DNA from: Octopus bimaculoides
Lineage: Eukaryota
Assembly (NCBI RefSeq): GCF_001194135.2
Contig: NC_068998.1
Span: 49,945,820-50,002,190, forward strand
DNA length: 56,371 nucleotides
Reading direction: 5' to 3'
In this document: positions 1 through 11,377 of the stretch, one piece after another
Layout: each line of letters begins with the position of its first letter
How positions within the stretch are numbered: the first letter of the stretch is position 1
The notes under the pieces: generated by a model
The model's database searches: none
What the model was told of the DNA's origin: nothing
Seen by the model: the letters and a program-made list of their open reading frames with translations, nothing else
Translations under genes and position numbers: made by a program

Positions 1-52
<52 letters not shown>
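1..52 (+). repeat. (AG)n microsatellite, representative of dozens of (CA)n, (TA)n, (TAGA)n, (TC)n, (TTA)n and (GAA)n tracts across the window
   Basis: Direct inspection; most N gaps are flanked by such tracts. Confidence 0.95.
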
Positions 53-54
<2 letters not shown>

Positions 55-237
55 GTAACTCTCCAGCGCATAATCGGGACCTTGATATTCTAATTATGAA
101 AATCGGCCGGTTTTTCTAATTTTCAAATTATAACATTCATTGCGGGAATTGATGAACATTTTAATGTACTGTTGATTGTTTCATATCTCGTCATTGGTTT
201 AATAATATTTTACAACACAGTAATGGCCACCTTTTAG

Positions 238-1452
238 GTTCTTCGTCAGAATTCTGCCACTCGGGAAGCAAAAAAATCTGCCAGGGTGCTTATAAAGCAT
301 ACCCTGAAAAAAAATCAGAAACCATATTGTGCAAGTATGTATATTTATAGTTATGTACAATATTTTCTCGTATATTTGCATGGTAAAAGTATAGGCATTG
401 AAACGACAAATGTCGTCAATCATATGTTATTTCAATCTCAATAAGAATGTTTGCAGTCAGTTACTCTGATATGGTGGAGGCGCAATGGCCCAGTGGTTAG
501 GGCAGCGGACTCGCGGTCATAGGATCACGGTTTCGATTCCCAGACCGGGCGTTGTGAGTGTTTATTGAGCGAAAACACCTAAAGCTCCACGAGGCTCCCG
601 GCAGGGGATGGTGGCGAACCCTGCTGTACTCTTTCACCACAACTTTCTCTCACTCTTACTTCCTGTTTCTGTTGTGCCTGTGATTCAAAGGGGTCAGCCT
701 TGTCACACTCTGTGTCACGCTGAATATCCCCGAGAACTACGTTAAGAGTACACGTGTCTGTGGAGTGCTCAGCCACTTGCACGTTAATTTCACGAGCAGG
801 CTGTTCCGTTGATCGGATCAATTGGAACCCTCGTCGTCGTAAGCGACGGAGTGCCAACATAACATAACTCTGATATGACTTTTGAGCTTAATGTGGCAGT
901 TCCTAAACTGAAAAATACATGTTTAACTGGTTACAAAATATTTGTACTTATAGTTATACATACAAAATAATATATATACACAAAAGATGAGATAGAATAT
1001 AAAGAAAGAAGGATTTGTAAGAAATTGAAGAGCGGGTAGGATTCTCTTAAAGACGGAATAACCACTTCAGGGCATATTATTTATTATTATTATTATTGAA
1101 AGAAACAGTAGCGCGTCATTAAAAGTGACTGTGCGTTACAAATATACGGAGCTCAGTAAACCAATTGTGACAACAATTCTGATAAGGCTACACCAGGCAC
1201 ATGCATCACAACCATGTGTGCACGACATGGTGATCTTATATAAAGATAAAGAGAACCTGACCTAGGTGTGGCACAGGAGCGAATTAGTTAAATTCTAAAA
1301 AAAATTCCTCTTAACGCATGATTTTGATATCCGTCCACTACTCCTGCTCGTGAACACTACTGCATATATGGTCAGCCGCAAAATGTCATGCTCAACAGGT
1401 TAAGGTCAAACAACAGACAAGCAAATCTTAAAACAGACAAGAATCATTATCA

Positions 1453-1503
<51 letters not shown>

Positions 1504-1768
1504 GTAGTAGTAGTAGTGGTAGTGGTAGTAGTAGTTGTAGTAGTAGTAGTAGTAGTAGTAGTTTTTGTTGTTGTTGTAAGTGCTTTTTCTTGATTGACAC
1601 AACATATGAAATATTTTTATATAATCACTTTTTGTTTGATACACACACACACAAACACGTGCATACATGCATACATACACAGGCACACACAGATACACAC
1701 ACACATATAATCACACACACACACACACACACACATACACACACATACGCACACACACAGACAGACAG

Positions 1769-1802
<34 letters not shown>

Positions 1803-2877
1803 GGAACAATCAAGGTAGGAAATGCTAAAATAATTTTATAAAAACATTTTAGTACCGGTTTCGGTCAGTGAGACTTCTTCAACTGTAAGTATGGAAAACA
1901 ATTAAATTTTTGAAAAAAAGTAAATGAAAAGAATAGTTGAATACTATACTAATATACTTATGAAATACTTTTCATTTAATTCTTCCAATATTTAATTGTT
2001 TCCCATATTTACAATTGAAGAAGTTTCAATGACCAAAACCGGTACTGAAGTATTTTTTATGAAATTATTTTAGTATTTTCTACGTTGACTTTATTCCATA
2101 TATATATATATATATATATATATACGCATATACTACCAATATTTATTCACTGCTTAAAATTCAACCTACTTCCTTTCAAATTACTTCAAGCCAGTTTCAA
2201 ACTGACATATTAAACAAGTTACTTTTGATTTCCAGGCGTATGGAAATGCTGGAGCACTGTTTTCGCAAAATATCCACGAGGTGCAGCTCATACTATCATC
2301 AATTAATTGAGAAAATGTGCATTCGTAAGAAACTTTTAGTATATCATTTGAGTGGGTTGTAGCTTAGCAGTCTTGAATTGATTTGTCATTTTATTCTAAT
2401 ATGAATTTGAACATTTGTACACTTGCCAACTTCAAAGAATATTCTTTATGAAAGTCCACATTTAATACGTCGAGGTAACACCAAAATCCTGGTTATTTAA
2501 ACATGACATCTTATGGTCAATTTTATATTCAAGTGGATAATATTTGTGGGTTATTGAAATATCCATAAAATTTTAGCTTCCGTTGAAATTGATTTAACGG
2601 GGAAGGGGAATTTATTACGTTTAACATATAACTATTCGTAAATAGATAGAACAGAGATACGGTTTACAACATGCACATAAATAAAACTACCTGTACTATG
2701 TGATATTGCATTATTTAGTTTATCTGTTACCAAAATTATTAAATAACATGCCTTTTATTTATTCCAGATAAAAAATCAGCAGCAGAAAATTTGTTAGCAA
2801 AGTACATTACGATCCCAAGTTGCATGTGTCTGGTATTTTTAACCCCGCATGGTTTGATGGAATTAAGATTCATCTAA
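238..2877 (+). CDS. Locus L1: divergent member of the 6-Cys small-protein family, 5'-partial (signal exon not found; presumably upstream of the window). Exons 238-334, 2236-2324, 2768-2877
   Basis: Three AG/GT-bounded exons splice in frame (phase 1/2/1) to SSSEFCHSGSKKICQGAYKAYPEKKSETILC-K-RMEMLEHCFRKISTRCSSYYHQLIEKMCI-H-KKSAAENLLAKYITIPSCMCLVFLTPHGLMELRFI*. It shares C-x7-C, the CFR motif and KKS with the minus-strand paralogs. AATAAA follows at ~2899. Confidence 0.75.
475..862 (+). mobile_element. tRNA-derived SINE, near full length (cephalopod-type), in the L1 intron between exons 238-334 and 2236-2324
   Basis: A-box/B-box head GGCGCAATGGCCCAGTGGTTAGG...GGTTTCGATTCC, followed by a GC-richer body; the head recurs at 22075-22180. 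Confidence 0.8.
1110..1410. repeat. Interspersed repeat fragment (SINE/LINE 3'-end-like) flanked by (TTA)n/(TAG)n
   Basis: GC-richer island bounded by trinucleotide tails; family not identified. Confidence 0.35.
1799..2101. repeat. Foldback element with ~110-bp imperfect inverted arms
   Basis: 1799-1907 is the approximate reverse complement of 1993-2101 (e.g. AGTACCGGTTTCGGTCAGTGAGACTTCTTCAA vs TTGAAGAAGTTTCAATGACCAAAACCGGTACT). Confidence 0.8.
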
Positions 2878-3072
2878 TAACAATATTTAAAGACTAAAAA
2901 TAAAATAGATCATATTATTTGTGGTGTTTCACTTTGAAAATGCAGAATAACTAATTGATACTTGTAAAGTAAAAGTTACGGGAAACGGTCAACCTTCTAC
3001 TTATATAGTGACGAAAAGATAGTAACACTGAATCATTTATCAAATATCATTTAAATGCACACACACACACAC

Positions 3073-3116
<44 letters not shown>

Positions 3117-3364
3117 GAATCTATTTTACCAATTATGCAGTTTCTATCGATTGATAGACAAACCATTATTTTCAAAATTGTCATCTGTAGATGATCTTGA
3201 ATTAAAAAAATTAAAAATTTGAAAGAGACAAGGTAATAAGATTCAGGTGTTTAATCCCTCCCCACCTCCACTTCTTATCACACATTTCACATACATAAGT
3301 TGTGATGAATCAATAGAAATTAAAGAATAACGCAAACAAATTGTCATTGCATGATTTGTTTTTT

Positions 3365-3430
3365 TCAACTTTGCATTAAAAGCAAAAAAGTAACGACGAG
3401 TACTGGAAGCAATACTCTTTGAATATTCAT
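3365..3430 (-). CDS. L2 exon 5, copy A (hydrophobic tail MNIQRVLLPVLVVTFLLLMQS*)
   Basis: Pyrimidine-rich acceptor ttctcgtttcag, then 21 codons and TGA. Homologous to the terminal exons at 5864, 16232, 27513, 41109 and 51310. Confidence 0.65.
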   Translation of the reverse strand: MNIQRVLLPVLVVTFLLLMQS

Positions 3431-3512
3431 CTGAAACGAGAATAGAACACATTTTACATATATGTATTTTCAAAATAATTCGATATGAATTATAATAGTA
3501 TGTTGCTGTTCA

Positions 3513-4521
3513 CAGGAGGGCCGTCTGTAAAGTTCATTGACTAACTATTAAGGAGTAAAGCTAGAGTTGTGCATTCTTGCATTCATTGATTTGAATGTTA
3601 TTCATTAATTACTGCATCGCTTTTTTAAACCATAATTGACATCTAACTGTTCACAGGAACTTCGTAACGTAGCAAGTACACACATTCATGGATAGCAGAG
3701 AGGGGCGTCTATAAATCAAGTAGCCAATGATATTAGAATATCCCGTGAGAAATTCCTGAATATTCTCCTCGCGGAACATGTCATGAGAAAGATTTCTCAT
3801 CTGTGTATCTCCGCCTTCTGATACCTGACCAAAAGCACACCAGACAGATCATGTCACGGGAAAATCTGATACTGTTTAATGCAGGTCCATATGCATTCCT
3901 GGGACGTTGCCTAACACCTTATGTGCTTTGCCTTTATCACTTTAAACTATAGAAAATGACACAAAACTAGCAGTGGAAACAACCCTGCAATCCTACTCAG
4001 AAGAGAGCCAAGTTGTTTCATTTGCAGGGAATTTAACTGACGCAGACTATTGGGATGGAAAATAATTGTGCTCATTGAATACCTTCCAAGCGGTCATAAT
4101 ATCAATGGAAAATACTCTGCCGATTTTCTGAGGTATGTATCAATGGCTATCAACACAAAACACCTGTGAAAAAAATTAGGAAAATGATTTTCGTTTCATT
4201 TGGAAAATACAGCTAGCACAAATGTCATTTGTTGCGATGTCTGCTGAGAAATTGAACTGGTAGATTACTCGACCTATTCTCCTGATTGAGACCCATCTGA
4301 CTATCAATCGATTCCCCAACGTAACAAAAGCAATCTACTGGAATCTTGTATCACACTGATGGTGAAATGATATTCACTGTTTAACATTTTGTGCAACAGC
4401 ATTGAAGCTTTTCCATCCATGGAATGGAAGCATTAAACGCTGCTGGAAAATCAAGTGAACTGCAATGTTTCACAATCCATTAGAGAATTCAGTCTGAGCA
4501 AAGTTTCAGTCAATCCTCGTA
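3513..4521 (+). mobile_element. Degenerate mariner (DD34D) copy A, within intron 4 of the L2 3' module
   Basis: TIR-like ends (caggagggccgtctgtaaagttc / tttcagtcaatcctcgta). Decayed transposase motifs are recognisable (ANDIRISRE, SRENLILF, YWDGK, DYSTYSPD..PSDY) with many stops. Confidence 0.85.
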
Positions 4522-5040
4522 TTTTCATTTTCCTTAGCTAATGTTGTGATTTAGAAGCACATTTAGGAAAATAGTTCCTGATGATGTTGAATTTGAATCT
4601 ACATCATCAGTAGAAAGATTACAGGGATTCAAATGGAGATATCTCAGATCAGTCAGTTCAGTGTGGCGCAAGATGTCAAATACACAGTTTAATCTTACTG
4701 TAGGCGTTGACTAATTCACTTATTGCTATTTCAGTGAGACGTAGTCTACAAAATATGAACCAAAACTTTTGAGACCATAAATCATCTGGTGGAGATTATA
4801 GATGCGTTACTTATTTTATAAAAAAAATTTCTATCCTACAGTAATTCCTGAATTAGAAGAAATAAACTTAATTTTCTTTCCTTCAGGTGGTTAGCGTATC
4901 AGTACATGTAATACGTATCATTGCTTTCGTATTATCGTGATATCAGGACTTTTAAAGTGGTGAAATCTAGTGTTGTTATCTTAAATATTGCAGAACAATA
5001 AAGACAAAAATGAAGCAGTAGTTACAACGAAATGACGTAC

Positions 5041-5067
5041 CTCGTTACGCTTAGAAGTGCTTTTTTT
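5041..5067 (-). CDS. L2 micro-exon 4, copy A (KKSTSKRNE)
   Basis: 27 nt bounded by ttttcag and GAG|gtacgt; phase 0-0; same length as the copies at 7449, 8743, 20472 and 29098. Confidence 0.65.
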
Positions 5068-5522
5068 CTGAAAACAAAAAAATATATTTCTTGAAAGTAA
5101 ATCAAACAAATGACACGCTAACAGATGAATGTGCACAAAACCACACACACACACACGCACACACACATGCACAAGTACAAACACAAACACATACATGCAG
5201 ACACGCACACATGATGTTATACAGGAATTGACAAAAGCACTGTCATGCACACACGGACATCTATATAGATGGCTAGATTGAAGGATACATAAATAAATAG
5301 GCAGGTAGGCAATCAGACTGACAGACAGACAGATATATAGAATGGTAGATAGATAGATAGATAGATAGATAGATTGACAAACAGATAGATACATAGATCG
5401 GCAGATAAATAGATAGATAGATAGGCAGATTTATAGATAGATGGATGGATAGATAGATAGACAGACACACAGACAGACAGACACACAGACAGACAGACAG
5501 ACAGACAGACATACAGACAGAC

Positions 5523-5565
<43 letters not shown>

Positions 5566-5863
5566 TAGATAGATAGACAGAGAAAGAGAGAGAAAGATAT
5601 GATATTTCAATTGTTTGGAAAAGGTACCACCTATTAGGATCATCAACGATATTTTCAACATTTGCTGATTGATATTATTATCAAAAATATCAACTGTAGA
5701 TGTCCTTGAAGTTACAAATTTAAAAAACATATGAAAATGAGAAGGTAATAAGTCCCAGGTGTTTTATTCCTTCCCCACCTATCGCAGATTTCAAATTCAT
5801 AGGTTTTGATGAATAAAACGCAAACAAATCGTTATTGCATGATTCTTTTTATTTAACTTAGCA

Positions 5864-5920
5864 TTAGTAACATAAAAATGTAACGATTATTACAAAAAGC
5901 GATACTCTTTGAATGTTTAT
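5864..5920 (-). CDS. L2 exon 5, copy B (INIQRVSLFVIIVTFLCY*)
   Basis: Acceptor ttctctttccag, then 18 codons and TAA; paralog of 3365-3430. Confidence 0.6.
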   Translation of the reverse strand: MNIQRVSLFVIIVTFLCY

Positions 5921-6000
5921 CTGGAAAGAGAATTGCACACATTTTATATACGTATTTTCAAAATAATTCGATATGAATTACGCAAGCATATTGATGTTCC

Positions 6001-7009
6001 CAGGAGGGTCTTCTGAAAAGTTCATAGGCTGACTATTAAGGAGTAATGCTTGAGTTATCTTGCATGTATAATCTTGCATTCATTAATTTGAACGTCACTT
6101 ATTAAATACTTCATCGCTTTTTTCTGACTGTTCGCAGAAACCTCAAAATGTAGTAAGTACACATGTTCATGGATGACAGAGGGGTGACTATAAATCGAAC
6201 AGTCAATGATATTAGATTATCCCGTGAGAAATTTCCAAATGTTCTCCTCAAAGAACTTAGACTGACAAAGATTTCTTTTCGGTGTGTCTTCGTCTTCTGA
6301 CACCTCACCAAAAACACACCAGGCGGATCACGTCAAGGAAGAACCTCGTACTGTTTGAAGCAGGGCCCATGCATTCCCTGGAAGTTAACTAACATCGCAT
6401 GCGTTGTTGCTATTAATCTCTTCGAACTAGAGAGGAAGACACAATACATGCAGTGGAAAATCCCCAACAGACCTACTCATAAGAAGGCTAACTTGTTTCA
6501 TTTGCAGGGAAGGTGATTGATTTGCAGGGAAGGTGATTGATTTGCAGGTCTTTTGGGATGCAAAGTAATTGTGCTTATCGACTACCTTCAGAATCTCCAT
6601 AATATCAATGGAGAGTATGAGCCCAATTTGCTGAGATACGTACAAATAACTATCAATACAAAACCCCTAAAGCAATGAGGGAAATGTTCGTTGTTTCATT
6701 TGGAAAATGTTACCAGCACAAACGTCATTGATTTCAATCGCTGCTGTTCTTTGAACTGGTTGATTACTTCATCTATTCTCCCGATTTAGACCCATCTAAT
6801 TAATTCCGGTGCCCCAACGTGAAAAAACCATTTGCTGGGATACGGTATCGCACTGATGGCGAAATGATATCCACTGTTGATGAACATTTTGTGCAGCAGG
6901 ACTGAAGCTTTTCGATCCATGGAATCCAAGCACCAAAACGCTGCTGGAAAAATGAGTTTCACAATCCATTTCAGAATTCTTTCTGTGAACGTTTTAGTCA
7001 ATCTTCGTA
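6001..7009 (+). mobile_element. Degenerate mariner copy B
   Basis: Colinear with 3513-4521, including both flanks. Confidence 0.85.
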
Positions 7010-7448
7010 TTTTCGTTTTCCTTTGCTAATGTTGCGATTTACCAGCAGGATTAGTGAACCAGATTATGATGACGTTGAGTTCGAAATCAAAATACCAGTA
7101 GAAAGAGTATAGGATTTCAATGAATATATCTCAGATCAGTCAGTGTAGTGTGGCTCATAAAGACAAAGAGATACAGGATAATATCTGTGTGGGTGATGGC
7201 TAATTTATTGTTTGCAGTATCCGAAGGACGAAGCGTACAAGATATGAACCAAAACACTTGAGGCCATAATACAGGTGCTGAAGATTATAGAAGTATTTCA
7301 TATTTTATGAAAAGACTTTTCCTATCCAACAGTAATTCCTCGACATTTAGATTAATGGAATTTAGTGGTGTTATGTTAAATGTTGCAGAACAAAAGAAAT
7401 AAAAAGATAATAAAAACATGAAGAAGTAGTTACGATGAAATGACGTAC

Positions 7449-7475
7449 CTCCTTAGGCTTAGCTGGGGCAGTTTT
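7449..7475 (-). CDS. L2 micro-exon 4, copy B (KTAPAKPKE)
   Basis: 27 nt bounded by ttttcag and GAG|gtacgt. Confidence 0.6.
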
Positions 7476-7623
7476 CTGAAAATAGAATGTATATATTTCT
7501 TGAAAGTAAATGCAACAAATTACACGCAATGACACATACACACGCACACACAGAGACACACACGCAAAAAAGCGCGCGCGAAAACATGCGCACACACGAT
7601 AATCTATAGAGATCGTTACGTTG

Positions 7624-7667
<44 letters not shown>

Positions 7668-8187
7668 GTATATATATATGTATATATATATATATACATA
7701 CATATATATATATATGTAAATGTATACATATACATATATATANNNNNNNNNNNNNNNNNNNNNNNNNNNNNNNNNNNNNNNNNNNNNNNNNNNNNNNNNN
7801 NNNNNNNNNNNNNNNATATATATATATATATGTATAGAGAGAGAGAGAGTGAGAGATAGAGAGAGTGAGTGAGAGATAGAGAGAGAGAGTGAGAGATAGA
7901 GAGAGAGAGAGAGAAAGAGAGAGAGAGTGAGAGATAGAGAGAGGGAGAAATATGATATTTCAATTGTTATGAAAAGCTACCCCCACTTACTAATTTTCAT
8001 CTGATTACTTGTTCAAAAACTTTAACTTTATATATTTATAGTAATCATTAATGGAAAAAATCCATGCGAACACATTTATGTTCGTCTCTCTTTGTGCCGT
8101 GCCACCTATATTCTGCTCTGTGTCGCAAATAAAGAAAATTAGCTTTTTCTTATTCTCGCGACGTACGTCGTGTAAACACATTGATAA

Positions 8188-8232
8188 AATCCATTAGAGA
8201 ATTCAGCCTGAACGTTTCAGTCAATCCTCTTA
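8188..8232 (+). mobile_element. 3' TIR remnant of mariner copy C
   Basis: Only the terminal ~45 bp (aatccattagagaattcagc...tttcagtcaatcctctta) remains; the rest of the element and exon 5 are deleted. Confidence 0.6.
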
Positions 8233-8742
8233 TATTCATCTTCATCAACGAATGTTGCGATTTACCAGCGAGTTTAGTAAATTAGTTACTGATGACCTTG
8301 AATTTGAAACCAAAACATTAGTAGAAAGGTTACAGGAGTTCAAAAAAACATCGCAAACCAGTCAGTTCAGTGTTACGAAAGATGACAACGACATACAAGT
8401 TAATCTCTCTGTAAGCGATGACTAATTCACTTATTGCTGTTTTAGTAAGACGGAGTGTACAAGATATGAATCAAAACACTTGAGGCATAATATAATTTCG
8501 GGAAGCGTTGTATTCTGCCCCATGTGTTTCATATTTTATAACAAAGTTTCGTGTCCTACAGTAATTTCTGAATCAGAGCAAATGAACTGAATTATTTCTT
8601 TCAAGTAGATAACGTATCCATAAACGTAATAGAAAATCATTGTCTTTATATTATAGTGATATCAGGATTTTAAAGTAATGACATCTTGTGCTGTTAATTT
8701 AAACGTTGCAGAACAAGAAAACAATTTTAAATATATACGTAC

Positions 8743-9240
8743 CACTTTTCGAGGAGTAGTGGTTTGTCTCTGAAAAAACAGAAAGAAATGTAATTTTAGA
8801 ATAAACCCTACGGATTCATATGAATTGTATGTTCACACATGCAGGTTAAAGTTGTGTTTGTAGAAATTAGCATTTTTTTCTTATCAAAAGCCAGTTGCCT
8901 TTGAATATTATTTTGGCTCATGATCTTCGTAGATATTAAAATATTCCAATATCATCGATTAAAATTAAATTGTACAGGCACACCCATTGCAAGTAAAAAT
9001 GTTAGTTTTAAAAATGAGTTTTATTTACAAGCAGAATGAAAAAAACAACTTAATATAGTGATAAAAACTAACTTACGGTGCACATTTCATTCGTTACAAA
9101 CTCTGTACTACAATGAGGAGCGACGGAAGAACGAAAGCAGTTAGCAAACCTTTGGTACGTTCTGCAAATGAAATTTGAGATGGAAATTCCAGAGGTACAT
9201 ATATATATATATACATACGCATACAAACACACCCACCCAC

Positions 9241-9294
<54 letters not shown>

Positions 9295-10202
9295 TGTGGC
9301 GGGGGCTCTTCTCTTGCAAAATATGGCCACCTCTTGAAATTGCGCCTTAGATCTATAATGGTGCCTGATGTGGCCTTTTAAATAAATGTTTTGTCAAGAC
9401 ACACAAATAAATTGCATATCTGCTAGGGAACATCAAGGGCTGCAGTTCTAATATTCGTTGATCGGAAAATGTTTGAAAATTCCGTTAGATATCCTGGGAT
9501 TGTGGTATGAAAGGCATTATGAGGTACAGACAGATACAAAGGCAGAGTAGTTGGTGGTGGTTCATTTTCCATGGGTCTGCGAATGATATTTTGCCCATCA
9601 AAAGAAAGGCATGTTCTCTCACAAACTATTGAGACAAAAAGGTGGTTGGGATACATTTTCTCATTGATCGAAGCATTTATTTCTTTAAACTTATTTTGAG
9701 ATTCGCATGGGTCATTCTGGTTTCATCTAAACAATACTCTTCACTTCACACTTTTGATCCCCATTAGCTCGATCCGGAGCAATGGATTCTATAGCATTTG
9801 GATCATTTCCAAGTGACATCATTATAGTCCATATATATTCGAAGGGCTGGATCAGTGACAATAGGAAGCGATGCCACAACCACCATATTTGAAGAACATT
9901 GCCGCATTTGATAATCATTTATTCCTTATACGCAGTCTTCAAAATCATTTGGTCGGAAAAATATGAATTCTGTAGACGAGGTCAGAACTGTATTGGGGAA
10001 GTAATTTTCGTCAGCTTCAAGTGATTTTTGCAAGTGGGGCCTTGTAAGTCTACTTGATGGATGCCAGAACATTTTAGAAAATGAAGGAGAGTATACTTCA
10101 GTTTAAAAAATAACTTTATATTAAATCTAGAAAAATAATAGATGTATAAAAGAAACCGCTTTCATTATTACAGTAAACAATATATCTGTATATCTTTCTT
10201 TA

Positions 10203-10289
<87 letters not shown>

Positions 10290-11011
10290 NNNNNNNNNNN
10301 NNNNNNNNNNNNNNNNNNNNNNNNNNNNNNNNNNNNNNNNNNNNNNNNNNNNNNNNNNNNNNNNNNNNNNNNNNNNNNNNNNNNNNNNNNNNNNNNNNNN
10401 NNNNNNNNNNNNNNNNNNNNNNNNNNNNNNNNNNNNNNNNNNNNNNNNNNNNNNNNNNNNNNNNNNNNNNNNNNNNNNNNNNNNNNNNNNNNNNNNNNNN
10501 NNNNNNNNNNNNNNNNNNNNNNNNNNNNNNNNNNNNNNNNNNNNNNNNNNNNNNNNNNNNNNNNNNNNNNNNNNNNNNNNNNNNNNNNNNNNNNNNNNNN
10601 NNNNNNNNNNNNNNNNNNNNNNNNNNNNNNNNNNNNNNNNNNNNNNNNNNNNNNNNNNNNNNNNNNNNNNNNNNNNNNNNNNNNNNNNNNNNNNNNNNNN
10701 NNNNNNNNNNNNNNNNNNNNNNNNNNNNNNNNNNNNNNNNNNNNNNNNNNNNNNNNNNNNNNNNNNNNNNNNNNNNNNNNNNNNNNNNNNNNNNNNNNNN
10801 NNNNNNNNNNNNNNNNNNNNNNNNNNNNNNNNNNNNNNNNNNNNNNNNNNNNNNNNNNNNNNNNNNNNNNNNNNNNNNNNNNNNNNNNNNNNNNNNNNNN
10901 NNNNNNNNNNNNNNNNNNNNNNNNNNNNNNNNNNNNNNNNNNNNNNNNNNNNNNNNNNNNNNNNNNNNNNNNNNNNNNNNNNNNNNNNNNNNNNNNNNNN
11001 NNNNNNNNNNN

Positions 11012-11059
<48 letters not shown>

Positions 11060-11338
11060 ATATGAACCGAACGGCCACAATGCATAATAGAATATAAGAC
11101 ATTTCAACCTACATCGCTTAATGCCCAGTTCATCAATTGGGAACATGATTTAACGAGATGAAATTCTAATTTTTGTATGTCCTCGGTTTGTTGTCCGTTC
11201 TACTTTATGTCCGTTCACCAGTGTGTCCATTCGGTTTCTCGGCTCATGTTTCTTCACAAAAGTGCATTCGGCTTCCTGTCCGTGTAACTTATATATACAC
11301 ACACACACATACATACATACATACATACATACATACAT

Positions 11339-11377
<39 letters not shown>

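Noticed and set aside
475-560. tRNA gene
   Set aside because: The tRNA-like head continues into a SINE body and has no complete cloverleaf; the same applies to 22075-22180 and 34355-34493.
4981-5067. Micro-exon plus read-through as the true terminal exon (KKSTSKRNEVRHFVVTTASFLSLLFCNI*)
   Set aside because: The read-through frame is not conserved across copies (frameshifts in C and F), whereas the gtacgt donor and 27-nt length are. It is kept only as a possible minor isoform.
3513-7009. Initial idea that the repeated ~1-kb units were single-exon receptor genes (e.g. tandem chemoreceptor or nAChR-like genes)
   Set aside because: Translation shows mariner transposase motifs with many stops and no receptor signature.
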